Below, piece after piece: positions 38,316 through 52,410 of a DNA stretch of 64,000 nucleotides (position 1 is its first letter; each line of letters begins with the position of its first letter). Under the pieces are notes generated by a model. It ran no database searches and was not told where the DNA came from. It saw nothing but the letters and a program-made list of their open reading frames with translations. The DNA lies in contig OZ024740.1 in NCBI GenBank assembly GCA_964016885.1, positions 227,106,001 through 227,170,000 of the forward strand, written 5' to 3'. This stretch comes from Eledone cirrhosa (Eukaryota). The position numbers and the translations under genes are program-made.

Positions 38316-39886
38316 GTAAACAAGAGGAGAAGGAAATTGATAACGGTATTAGCAATATGAATATATCCAGGTTTCATTGAAACAAATTAAAGAAATGTTA
38401 TATAAGATAGGATAGAACAATCCAGAAGACCATTTTCTATTTTTGTTTTATTATATTCTTTTACAAAGGGTAGTAGGGAGAGGAGGGAGGATTAAACATA
38501 ACAAAATCAGTTGCAATAACTTAGAAGAAACAGCAGAAGGGGCAGGAGTAGTAGAGGGAGAGGCATGATGATGATGGTGGTGGTGGTGGTGGTGGCGGTG
38601 GTGATGATGGTGATGGTGATGATGATGATGATGATGAAGAGGAGGAGGAGAAGGAGAAGTAATGCCAGGTATTTTGTAATTGCCTGCAAGCGTTAACATA
38701 TCAATGTTGGCCTTCCTACCTTCCTTCTTTCTTCAATAGAGATTCTTTCATAAAAAGAAAGTTGTCAGAGAATAAATGTTTGCTTTTCTTGAATATATTT
38801 CAAAGAACGAAAATGGTAAGAAGCAGAAAAAAGGCCAAATCAATATGAGGAATATTTCGTTATACTAACAACAACAAGAAAGAAAAAAATCTAAAATCTC
38901 AGAACAAAATCTTCCTTCCTACTCATTAGTTAGCTCAGAGTTTCGTGTCTATCTAAAAAAAAAAAAGCCATTATTACTATTATTATTATTGGTGAATGTG
39001 TGTGTTGGATCTCTGTCAGTTCTGATGATGAGTGTTCTAGTTGTTTAAATGAGAGAAGAGCCTACTTGTGAAGCTAACATGCAAGTGGCTGGGCTGACCA
39101 TTTCTCTGATGCATACAAAAGTAACATAATTCTCAGAAAGATTCAACATGACATAGTCTACTTCTTTTTGGGTCCACAAGGGTGTTAGTTTCAAAGCTAG
39201 GCTAGATGTGGTTCCAGCATAGCTGAACACATTGCTGTCCTTTCTCATTAAGCTCTGCCAAGTCCAAAGCTGTGCAGGGGTGTTCCAGCAGGGGGGCATA
39301 AGACAAGGCTGATACAACTCATTTTTAACAAGTGAATGGACTGGAGGAATGTAAAATAAAATGTCTTGTTCCAAAGACACAGCCCATTGCAGGGAATCAA
39401 ACTGATGACTTGACATCTAACCACTGAACCACGCACCTTTACATTGGTAAATAGCATAATATAGGTAGTAGTCATGTGGGGAATTGATTCCTCAAAATGG
39501 TTTTAGGCCTTCACCAGAAACGTATGAAAATCTCATATCAATGTTCCATTTTCCAAACCTTATAAATTGTTTGACATTGTAAGAAAATCTATTATTGGCA
39601 GACTGGCAGAATCATTAGACAGTCAGACAAAATGTTCTGGCTCTTTCCCTTGAACATCAAATTTGTGTTCAAATCTCACTAAGATCAACTTTGCCTTTCA
39701 CCCTTCTGCGATGGGTAAGGGAGAAGTGGGAAATAAATTATAATACCAGTCAAGTAATGTGATTGACTTAATCAACTTTTGCCACCACACTCTCCAAATT
39801 ACTGACCCTGTACCTAAAATGTTTGATGATTCAGCGAAGAAGAAGAAGAAGAAGGGGTAGTAGTAGTAGTAGCAGTAGTAGTAGTA

Positions 39887-39917
<31 letters not shown>

Positions 39918-41499
39918 GAGGAGGAGTACCTAAATTATAAACAACTATTATTTGATTCTTTACTTTTTGAGTTCAAATCCTACTGAATTCAGTTTGCACT
40001 TGATTCTTTCTCTGGCAACAAGAATTAACATTTTGATCAGGAACACACTGCAGTGTGTATGAAGACTTAATCAACCCTTCAACAAGTAGTCCAATACACA
40101 GTTATTTTCTCTTTGTTATAGCAGGCTTGCACATTATAACAAGCTCATAGTAGTTTCTAACTACAAAAGCTGTCCTCAATTTCAAGGAAAATCAATTATT
40201 CATTTAACTTTTAACAAATGCTATCTCATGATCTTGTTGTAATCTAATTCCATAAAATTTAAATGATATGAAGAAACCTTTACATAAATGCCTGTCATAT
40301 TGCATGCAGTTTTAAATGTTAAAAGTTGAGGAAAAAGGCAAAATTGAAAGAAAAAACAAGGACTATGTTAAAAACGATTTTTGTTATTGGTGTAATCGAT
40401 TTTGTGTATATTTGTACATATATGTGTGTGTGTATAAACATGTGTGTATGATTGCATGTATGTATGTGTGTGTGTGTGTATGTATGCATGTATGTGTGTA
40501 TGCATGTAGGTGTGTATGTATGAATGTATGCATGTATGTGTGTTTATATGTATGTATTTATGAATGTATGCATGTATGTGTGTTTATTATACTTGGTTTG
40601 GTTTCCGTGAATGCAGTTAGTCCACTGAATGCTTTGCAGTATTCTTTACAGATATTTGTGATCTCTGAATTTAAATCCCTCCAAAGTCAACTTTGCCTTT
40701 CATCCTTTCAAGATTGATAAAAAAAAGTACTACTCCAGTACTGGGGTTGATTCTTCCTCTAAGAATCTCCTTCTCACTTTCTATTTCTCTCGCTCCCTCT
40801 CTTCCCACTCCCCCTTCTTCTTCTTCTTCTTCTTCTTCTTCTTCTTCTTCTTCTTCTTCTCTGGAAGCAATCAGCTGTGTTCCAACATGGAGAAGGGATT
40901 GGCTTAACTAGAATGTCAAAAAGAAATCCAACTCAAACTCATGCCAACACCAACTGCAATTCCAATTCTACAATCACCCCTACCCTAAAAACTGTGCCAC
41001 ATCAGCCAAAGATTAAATTCAACTATGTCCGTCAAAACAATACACCAGCCCTCTCAGCCAAACAACAACCAGTTTGCTTCAAGTTTGGTGTTGCTGCACA
41101 TCATCAGGCTACAGCTATCATATTACATAGTTTCTGTATTACTATATACATACACAGCTATATCCTTCATTGTTGTGTATTTGGCGCTGTTAGTGATGAC
41201 AATCATTTATGTCTCACATAAAAAAACGTCCTGCTGTGCAGTGGCTCAATGTGTGGAGATCAGTAGCTGATTAAAACACACACACAACTAAGAAAACTGC
41301 CTCAAAATGTTTTATCCAACCCATGCTAATAAGAAGAAAAAGGAATATAGAAATGGTGATCATTACGACAATGATAATGATGATGATAGTAATGATGAAG
41401 AGGAAGTGGACGAGTAGGATACACACACAGACACACACACACACACACAGACACACACACACACACATTTATTCATAATACTCATTTTATCATGTTAAC

Positions 41500-41663
41500 T
41501 TACATTTACAATAAACACACGTACATACACAAACACACATACATACACAAACACACATACATACAAACACACATACATACACAAACACACATACACACAC
41601 ACATATGTACACACACACACATATATACCTACGTAGACACACACATAAATATATGCATACACC

Positions 41664-41718
<55 letters not shown>

Positions 41719-44700
41719 ATCCACACACACAAACACACTCACACACATATATATACACCCATATATACATACACATACACATACACCCACACACATACAT
41801 ATATATATACACATACATCCACACACACAAACACACTCACACACATACATATACACCGATATATACATACACATACACCCACACACATACATATATATAT
41901 ATATACACACATACATCCACACACTGAAACACACTCACACACATACATATACACCCATATATACATACACATACACCCACACACATACATATATATATAC
42001 ACACATACATCCACACACTCAAACACACTCACATACATACATATACACCCATATATACATACACATACACCCACACACATACATATATATATATACATAC
42101 ATACATCCACACACTCAAACACACTCACACATATACATATACACCCATATATACATGCACATACACCCACACACATACATATATATATATATGCCCTAGA
42201 TAGGAGTAACTATAGAGGCTTAAATTAATCGACTAGGTCATGAAGGTCACGGAAAAAGTAATAGCGCAACTAATCAGAGAGAGAATTGATCTAGATGAAA
42301 TGCAGTTCGGTTTTGTGTCAGGCAAAAGTGCCACAGACGCTCTTTTCATTGTACGACAACTACAGGAGAAGTACCTAGCTAAAAGTAAACCCCTATACTT
42401 AGCTTTTGTTGACTTGGAGAAAGTCTTTGACAGAGTCCCCCGTTCCATTATCTGGTGGGCTCTTAGAAAACTAGGTGTTGACGAATGGCTTGTGAGAGCT
42501 ATACAAGCCATGTAGAAAGAAACAGTCAGCAAGGTTAGAATTAACAACGAATATAGTGAAGAGTTTAGTGTAAAAGTTGGTGTTCATCAGGGCTCTGTTC
42601 TTAGCCCCCTACTATTTATTATTGCCCTTCAGGCTATAACAGTGGAGTTCAAGACCGGCTGCCCATGGGAACTCCTATACGCAGATGATCTAACGCTCAT
42701 AGCTGAATCAATGGCTGAGCTAGAGAAGAAATTCCAAACATGGAAGCACGGCCTAGAATCAAAAGGCCATAAAATTAACCTGGCTAAGACTAAAGTTCTA
42801 GTTTGTAGGAAAGAAAATAAGGCGCCGGTCCCTTCCGGGAAATGGCCATGCTCAGTGTGTAGGAAAGGCGTAGGTAGAAACTCCATTTTATGTCCCAAAT
42901 GCAAAATATGGGTGCATAAAAGATGTAGTGGGATCACAGGTAAGCTAACTAAGAACATAGATTTTACATGTGGCCGGTGCTCTGGTGCAATAAGTAGCAG
43001 CAAGTGCCCACAAAATACTAGCTCTTTCAATTGCGCAGAGGGTTCTATAGAAATTGTGGACAGCTTCCGTTACCTGGGTGACAAAATCAGCAGTGGGGGA
43101 GGGTGCTCTGAAAGTACAGTAGCTAGAGTCAGAACTGGATGGAAAAAGTTCAGAGAGCTTATACCACTATTAGCTGCTAAAGGGTTCTCCCTAAAAATGA
43201 AAGGCAGGTTGTATGATGCCTGCATACGAACAGCAATGTTGCATGGCAGTGAGACCTGGGCATTGTGTGCAGAGGATATACGCAGACTAGAGAGGAACAA
43301 AGCTTGCATGCTCCGCTGGATATGTAATAGTAATATACGTCAACGGCAAAGCATAAACGAACTAAGGAAAAAATTAGAAATAAGAGGGATCAGATGTTGT
43401 TTACTCGAGAGAAGGCTACGTTGGTATGGTCACGTGATGCGCATGAAAGACGACAGCTGTATAACAAAGTGCAGGGCAATAAAGATAGACGGTAGCCACG
43501 GAGTAGGCAGACCCAGAAAAACCTGGGACGAGCTGATAAATTCCGACCTCACACACTTACACCTCTCCAAGACAATGTCACTGGACCGAGACCTTTGGCG
43601 GTACTCAGTAATAGAGAAGACCCGCCTTACCTAAATACAAAGTAAAACCTACTACAGTCAGTAGGCATCTCTAACAAAATACACCCCCGTCCCACCACCC
43701 CCACCCCATCCACACCGCCCCTTTCAATGTAAAGTTATGTTGGTGCCACAAATGAGATCGTGTAGGTGTCACGACAAAAAAAACACACAGTCCACGCTGT
43801 AATGTGGCCGTGTAGGCAACACGGTAAAAACCTCCCAGCCCCACACTGTAAATGTGGTTGGTGTTAGGAAGGGCATCCAACTGTAGAAAACCCGCCAGAT
43901 AGTCCTATGCGAGCAAGACAACCACTCTTGCCTCAAGTGGGAAAACTCCCGTCCAAACCCATGCAAGCTTGGAACACGGACGTTAAACGATGATGATGAT
44001 GATGATGATGATATACACATACATCCACACACACAAACACACTCACACGCATACATATACAGCCATATATACATACACATACACCCAGACACAAACATAT
44101 ATATATATATATATATACACATACATCCACACACACAAACACACTCACACACATACATATGCACCCATATATACATACACATACATCCACACACTCAAAC
44201 ACACTCACACACATACTTCCACACACTCAAACACACTCACACACATACATATACATACACATACACCTACACACATACATATATATATACACATACATCC
44301 ACACACACAAACACACTCACACACATACATATACACCCATATATACATACACATACACCCACACACATACATATATATATACACATACATCCACACACTT
44401 AAACACACTCACACACATACATATACATACACATACACCTACACACATACATATATATATATACACATACATCCACACACTCAAACACACTCACACACAT
44501 ACATATACACCCATATATACATACACATACATCCACACACAAACATATATATATATACGCATACATCCACACACACAAACACACTCACACACATACATAT
44601 ACACCCATATATACATACACATACACCCAGACACAAACATATATATATATATATATACATACATCCACACACTCAAACACACTCACACACATACATATAT

Positions 44701-45760
44701 ATATACACATACATCCACACATTCAAACACACTCACACACATACATATACACCCATATATACATACAGATACACCTACACACATACATATATATATATAT
44801 ACATACATCCACACACACAAACACGCATACATATACACCCATATATACATACACATACACCCACACACATACATATATATATATATATATACATACATCC
44901 ACACACACACAAACACACTCACACACATACATATACACCCATATATACATACACATACATCCACACACTCAAACACACTCACACACATACATATACACCC
45001 ATATATACATACACATACATCCACACACACTCAAACACACTCACACACATACATATACCACCCATATATACATACACATACATCCACACACTCAAACACA
45101 CTCACACACATACATGTACACCCATATATACATACACATACACCCACACACATACATATATATATATATACACACATACATCCACACACACTCAAACACA
45201 CTCACACACATACATATACACCCATATATACATACACATACACCCACACACATACATATATATATATATACACACATACATCCACACACACTCAAACACA
45301 CTCACACACATACATATACACCCATATATACATACACATACACCCACACACATACATATATATATATATACACACATACATCCACACACACTCAAACACA
45401 CTCACACACATACATATACACCCATATATACATACACATACACCCACACACATACATATATATATATATACACACATACATCCACACACACACTCAAACA
45501 CACTCACACACATACATATACACCCATATATACATACACATACACCCACACACATACATATATATATATATACACACATACATCCACACACACTCAAACA
45601 CACTCACACACATACATATACACCCATATATACATACACATACACCCACACACATACATATATATATATATACACACATACATCCACACACACTCAAACA
45701 CACTCACACACATACATATACACCCATATATACATACACATACATCCACACACACATATA
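41500..45760. repeat. About 100-bp compound (CA/TA) minisatellite array interrupted by an RTE LINE
   Basis: Unit CACATACATCCACACACACTCAAACACACTCACACACATACATATACACCCATATATACATACACATACACCCACACACATACATATATAT is repeated on both sides of the LINE, with 100-bp periodicity at 45100-45720. Confidence 0.9.
42193..44012 (+). mobile_element. 5'-truncated RTE-clade LINE (RT, PHD-like finger, C-terminal domain, 3'UTR)
   Basis: NYRG, QFGF, FVDLEK.FDRV, GVHQGS.LSP, YADD, RYLG and RRLRWYGHVMR...GRPRKTW motifs. Open from 42240 to 43634 except one stop (TAG at 42513, TAT in the paralog); (GAT)n tail. Confidence 0.95.
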
Positions 45761-45984
45761 GACATAGATACACCAATGCACACACATACAGATACACAGA
45801 CACTCATGTGAAATTTATTTATTCATTTATTTTTGTATTTATGTTCAATTTACATGATGGCTATTTCTTCCAGTATTGCCAATATCCCAACTCCTACACT
45901 CACTTTCTGGAAAGTTCCATTAACTCATACATATGTTGTTTCTCACTCTGCTTGCATAGCGAGCAATGAAGTCTTATAGTAGTA

Positions 45985-46760
45985 TTGCACCACCACCACC
46001 ACCACCACCACCACCACCACCACCACCACCACCACTAACATTGTGACCACCACTACCACTGCCACCACCAACACCATCATCATTAACACTACCACTACCA
46101 CAACCTTTGGCACCACCAACACTACTACCCATTACCCCCCACCCCCCACCACCCCCCACCCCGCACTACCACCGCCACCACCGCTACCACTGCTACCACT
46201 GCCACCACCAACAACACCATAATCATTAACACCATCACTACTGCTACCACAACCTCTGGCACCACCAACCCTACTACCCATTACCATCCCCACCCCGCAC
46301 TACCACCACTACTACCACTGCCACCACCAACACCATAATCATTAACACCATCACTACCGCTACCACAACCTCTGGCACCACCTACACTACTACCCATTAC
46401 CACGTAAAACCACCACCACCACCAACACCATCATCATTAACACCATCACTACTGCTACCACAACCTCTGGCACCACCAACACTACTACCCATTACCACCC
46501 CCACCCCGCACTGCCACCACTACTACCACTGCCACCACGAACACCATAATCATTAACAACATCACTACCACTACCACAACCTCCGGCACCACCAACACTA
46601 TTACCCACTCTGCACCACCACCACTACCACTGCCACCACGAACACCATAATCATTAACAACACCACTACCACTACCACAACCTCTGGCACCAGCAACACT
46701 ACTACCCTTACCACCCCCCACCCCGCACCACCACCGCTACCACTACCACCACAAACATTA
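45985..46760. repeat. C-rich minisatellite, unit of about 100-120 bp
   Basis: CCACTGCCACCACCAACACCATAATCATTAACACCATCACTACTGCTACCACAACCTCTGGCACCACCAACACTACTACCCATTACC repeated about 6 times. Confidence 0.85.
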
Positions 46761-47069
46761 CCACCACCACCACCACAAACATTACCACTACCACAACAAC
46801 AACAAAACTTGCCATAACAACAACAACAACAAAACTTGCCATAACAACAACAACAACAGCAACAACTACGCACATTAACAACAGCAACAACACCAACAAA
46901 AATGTACAACACCAACAACACTCACAGCATCAATGATAACAAACAACAATAACAACAACAATAACAACAATAACAACAACAGCGATACGCAAACAACAAT
47001 ATCAATAACAACACTAACAACAGACAACAAAAACAAAATACGATGATGGCAACAACAACAACAACACTA

Positions 47070-48765
47070 ATAACACCAACAACACACTAATACAACACTA
47101 CATCTCCAACACCAACAACACACTAATACAACACAACAACACAACCTCTCCAACACTGACAACACACTAACACAACAACAACACTACATCTCCCACACAA
47201 CAACACACTAATAACACCAACACACTAACACAACAACAACACTACATCTCCAACACAACAACAACACTAATAACACCAACACACTAACACAACAACAACA
47301 CTACATCTCCAACACTGACAACACACTAACACAACACAACACTACATCTCCAACATCAACAACACACTAATACAACACAACAACACTAATAACACCGACA
47401 ACACACTAATACAACAACAACACTACATCTCCAACACTAACAACACACTAATACAACAACAGCACTACATCTCCAACACTGACAACACACTAATACAACA
47501 ACAGCACTACATCTCCAACACTGACAACACACTAATACAACAACACTACATCTCCAACACTAACAACACACTAATACAACAACAGCACTGCATCTCCAAC
47601 ACTAACAACACACTAATACAACAACAGCACTACATCTCCAGCACTGACAACACACTAATACAACAACAGCACTACATCTCCAACATTGACAACACATGCT
47701 AACTCAACAACAAAACTAATAACACCGACAACACACTAATACAACAACAACACTACATCTCCAACACTAACAACACACTAATACAACAACAACACTAACA
47801 ACACACTAATACAACAACATCACTACATCTCCAACACTAACAACACACTAATACAACAACAACACTAACAACACACTAATACAACAACAGCACTACATCT
47901 CCAACACTAACAACACACTAATACAACAACAACACTACATCTCCAACACTAACAACACACTAATACAACAACAGCACTACATCTCCAACATTGACAACAC
48001 ATGCTAACTCAACAACAACACTAATAACACCGACAACACACTAATACAACAACAACACTACATCTCCAACACTAACAACACACTAATACAACAACAGCAC
48101 TACATCTCCAACACTAACAACACACTAATACAACAACAGCACTACATCTCCAACACTAACAACACACTAATACAACAACAACACTACATCTCCAGCACTG
48201 ACAACACACTAATACAACAACAACACTACATCTCCAACACTGACAACACACTAATACAACAACAACACTACATCTCCAGCACTGACAACACACTAATACA
48301 ACAACAACACTACATCTCCAACACTGACAACACACTAATACAACAACAACACTACATCTCCAGCACTGACAACACACTAATACAACAACAACACTACATT
48401 TCCAACACTGACAACACACTAATACAACAACAACACTACATCTCCAGCACTGACAACACACTAATACAACAACAACACTACATCTCCAACACTGACAACA
48501 CATGCTAACTCAACAACAACAGCACTAATAACACCGACAACACAACAGCACTACATCTCCAACACTAACAACACACTAATACAACAACAGCACTACATCT
48601 CCAACACTGACAACACACTAATACAACAACAACACTACATCTCCAACACTGACAACACATGCTAACTCAACAACAACAGCACTAATAACACCGACAACAC
48701 AACAGCACTACATCTCCAACACTAACAACACACTAATACAACAACAACACTACATCTCCAACACA
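47070..48765. repeat. 42-bp minisatellite
   Basis: Unit CTACATCTCCAACACTGACAACACACTAATACAACAACAACA; gives the 14-aa CCQCWRCSVVVVLV periodicity on the minus strand. Confidence 0.9.
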
Positions 48766-49527
48766 GTTGCCACATTTATTATTATTCTTTATCAAGCTCA
48801 TCTCACCCAGATACATTCTATCTTGCTGCACACGTAGCATCGAGTGCCATGCCATACCTGCAGCATTTCTTGGATGACATGCACATCCACATGCATATTC
48901 ACACACTCACAAACAAGCTTTCCATATATACACACACAGACATATACACATACATAATCTCTATCAAACACACATACATACATACATACATGCATACTAC
49001 ACATACGGACATAAACTCACACTCTGACGCATACATTCAAAACACACACACATGACATAATGGATATAAAAACATGGATATATATATACGCAAACGCACG
49101 TATTCAGACTTGCATATTACACATGCAAACACACAGAAGTGCTTATTACATAGACATACACAAAAACACATGCATACTACAGGTAGATACACAAACATAT
49201 GGGTATATAGATACTCTAACATACATTAATATAATAGATATATCCTTATTACTTCCCAATATCACACATAGAGCCTGTGAATTGCTCATAGTAAATTTTA
49301 TATCAGAGAATATTCACGTATTGCAAAGTGATGGGCAAAAAAAACACAAAAGATGGATGAAATAAAATTAGGAACAACAGCAACAACAACAATAGCAACA
49401 ACAACAAACATCAACATAAAATATAAAAATAGCAAGGTGTAAAGTTTCATACAGGCTTAGATTGCTCCTAGGAGATTAATATATATATTATGTGTGTGTG
49501 TGTGTGTGTTTGTATATGGATATATGC

Positions 49528-49568
<41 letters not shown>

Positions 49569-50226
49569 TTGTTTTAGTCTCATTCATTCTCAACCCCACA
49601 CTCATCGACGCAGTCTCAAATCCTCTGCCTCCTTCACTGTATTTGTCACCAAAACTATGTCGTCGGCAAATTCACCATCTGATACCTTTCTCGCCTTAAC
49701 TCTGCTGCTCTGAGCCAGTGCTACGTTAAAGCCAGAGTCCTGGTGTTTCTCCAGTGCAAGGAGCATACAATAGTCCACTACGATGATAAAAAGGTAGGGA
49801 GCCAATGTATCTCCCTGGAGCACTCCAGCCAGTATCTCAAAGAACTCTGTCATCCCATCAGGTGTGATGACTTGGGCTTTGGTGTTGGTGTAGAGCAGTG
49901 ATATCAGGTCCACTATCTTCTTGGGGATTCCATAAGCCTGTAAGATCTTCATCAGGCATTGACGGTCCACAGAATCAAAGGTGACACAGAGGAGACTGAG
50001 GTTAACTGGACATGCTCACCGACATCCAGAGTTGACATTGCACTCAGTGTTCCTGTGGGAGCCCCTACATAGACACATTGGAAGAGGAAGACCAAGGTTA
50101 ACGTATGTTGATGCCCTAAGGACAGACACTGGTCTGTTGGAGACGCAGGACATGGCAGCGATAATGAGGGACAGAGACCGCTGGAGAGAACTCGTCCATG
50201 GATCTCGGGAATTTTACCCGCCCTAG
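49569..50226. mobile_element. 5'-inverted LINE (RTE-like) insertion
   Basis: 49569-49980 (-) encodes RT (FDSVDR...GVLQGDTLAPYLF...FADD...VGLRMNETKT); 49981-50226 (+) encodes the ORF2 C-terminus (RRLRLTGH...GRPRLT...DRDRW). Confidence 0.85.
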
Positions 50227-50256
50227 AAAAAAATATATATATATCCAGGCCGAAAC

Positions 50257-50504
50257 AAATGAGGTCGTGTAGGTGTCACGACAAAAAAACACACAGTCCA
50301 CACTGTAATGTGGCTGTGTAGGTATCACAGTAAAAACCTCCCAGTCCACACTGTAAACGTGGTTGGTGTTAGGAAGGGCATCCAGCCGTAGAAAACCCAC
50401 CAGACAGTCCTATACGAGCAAGTCAACCAATCTTGCCTCAAGTGGGAAAATTCCCGTCCAAACCCATGCTAGCGTGGAAGATGGATGTTAAATGATGATG
50501 ATGA
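50257..50504 (+). mobile_element. 5'-truncated RTE LINE 3'UTR
   Basis: Near-identical to 22414-22660. Confidence 0.9.
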
Positions 50505-50679
50505 TATATATATGTATGTATATATATATATTTATATATATATATATATGTATATACATATATATATATATAAATACAGAGAGAGAAAGAGTTTACAAGC
50601 TGAAACTGCTTATGCTCATGTGTGAATGGCAACACTACATAGAAGTAGAAGTAAGAGTTGGGCTTTGTGTATGGATTAC

Positions 50680-51025
50680 CTATGGAGATTGGAAAGAAAT
50701 AAGATGAGCATTCTCCGATTGATGTGTAATTGTAGTGGACATTGAACATTGAAGTGTCAATGAGCTGAGGGAAAAACTGGGCATAAGAGGGATTAGATCC
50801 AGCATGCTTGAGAGAACACTGTGATGGTATAGACATGTAATGAAGTGGAGGATGTCAGCTGCTTAAACAAATGCAGGGTGCTCAAAATTGGAAGAACCTG
50901 TGAAAGAGGTAGACCAAGGAAAATTTAGGATAATGTGGTGAGGGATTACCTAACTACAGATGTGACAGCCCTACTAACCCATACAAGCATGGAAAATGGA
51001 CATTAAACGATGATCATGATTATGA
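50680..51025 (+). mobile_element. Old degenerate RTE 3' fragment
   Basis: GAGCTGAGGGAAAAACTGGGCATAAGAGGGATTAGA...GGTAGACCAAGGAAAA...CCCATACAAGCATGGAAAATGGACATTAAACGATGAT aligns with 43290-44000. Confidence 0.7.
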
Positions 51026-51036
51026 TGATAATGTAC

Positions 51037-51067
<31 letters not shown>

Positions 51068-51071
51068 TATA

Positions 51072-51358
51072 AGCAAAAGGGATATTTAATTTGTTGGTAA
51101 TTCAACAAATATAAATATTTATAACTGATTTGAAGCACTCAACAAGTTTTCTGGAGTATAATATTCAATGATATTAAATAAATGGAAACTATATTTATAA
51201 AACCATATTTATTCTATTATATATATTTCAAGGGTACCAAAACTTTGGTACACTCTCATCAGATAAAATACAATGTTTGTTTTATAAATATTGACATATC
51301 CAGGAAGAAGATCTTAACGGTTCAAGTTAAGGAAAAACTTGAACCGTTAAGATCTTCT
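51072..51358 (-). mobile_element. Hammerhead-bearing element, family 1
   Basis: On the minus strand: 23-bp hairpin (51306-51358), ribozyme, spacer and the same tail as 19760-19848, ending in (TA)n. Confidence 0.75.
51210..51270 (-). ncRNA. Minimal type I hammerhead ribozyme (family 1)
   Basis: Minus strand: TATTTTAT-CTGATGA-GAGTGTACCA-AAGTTT-TGGTACCCTT-GAAA-TATATA-TA-ATAGAATA (G-U wobble in stem I). Confidence 0.85.
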
Positions 51359-51689
51359 GGGATATCGAACCAACTGGGATATCGAAATTTGATAGAAGTA
51401 TCGGCTCTTCAGGGGACCATCTTAAAGGAAGAGATATCTTCAAGTGACCACTGCTTATAATTAGCAAGTTACAGGAGAGCTAGGAAAAGATCAATTTTCA
51501 AGCCTAGTTTTACTCAACCACAGGGAGTATAGAACAAATTATCAAAGATATATATTATACAAAGAAATTGAGCAGTTGTGGTGTTTGTATTTGACAAAGA
51601 CACCAAACAATGATCACATAAGAGTAATGGTTCTTCTAAGGAGATAATTGATTCTAAGATAAATTGTGGTGGTGGTATTAGTGAATTAA

Positions 51690-52410
51690 ATGGACACCAG
51701 TACTTGACTAGTATTTAAGTTTATCAAAAAGATGATAGACAAAGTTGACTTCAGTAGGTTTTCAACTTCGAAAATAAAATCGATAATGTAATACCACAAT
51801 ATGTTTTTTCTGACATACTAACAATTTTACATACCTCTACCCCATTTCTAACATAGGCAGAAGGCCAGAAATTTGGTGAGAAGGCGTTAGTCAATTAAAG
51901 TGCCCTCATTATTTGACTAATACTTGATTTTATTGACCTCAGAAGCATGAAATAATAAGTTAACTTGGGCAAGATTTAACCCTTTAACATTTGCATTACT
52001 TTATATTTACTATTGTATTTAAATGTAATAATGTTTCTACTTTTGGCACAAGGCCAGCAATTTGAAGGGAAGAGGAAAGTCAATTAAACTGACCCTAGTG
52101 TGTTACTTATATTTATTTTATTGGCCTCGTAAGGATGAAAGACAAAGCTATCTTCAGCCGCATTTGAACTCAGAAAATAAAGGGCCGTAACTATATGCCA
52201 AAAAGCATGTTATCTGAGGCTCTACCCATATTGCCAATCCACCAAAATAATTCTTTCTACTTTTCGCACAAGACCAGCAGTTTGATAATTATTGGTACTT
52301 TATTGCCCTCGTAAGGAAGAAAAGCAAAACTATCCTCAGAGGGATTTGAACTAAGAACGTAAAGGGCCATAACTATATGCTACAAAGCATATTGTCTGAT
52401 GTTCTACAGT
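51690..52410 (-). mobile_element. Cluster of diverged SINE family A copies
   Basis: Several reverse-oriented TTTCTACTTTTGGCACAAGGCCAGCA...GTAAGGATGAAAG..ATTTGAACTCAG segments. Confidence 0.7.

Noticed and set aside
37917-38380. Gly/Asp-rich or Pro-rich ORFs
   Set aside because: GGT/GAT simple repeat.
43990-45969. 659-aa and 550-aa His/Thr/Tyr/Ile-rich ORFs
   Set aside because: They are translations of a G-poor CA/TA minisatellite that rarely forms stop codons; no domain or splice evidence.
47070-48765. Regular 42-bp repeat resembling a CRISPR array or a Cys-rich repeat protein
   Set aside because: Units are contiguous with no unique spacers, there are no cas genes, and the context is eukaryotic; it is a minisatellite.
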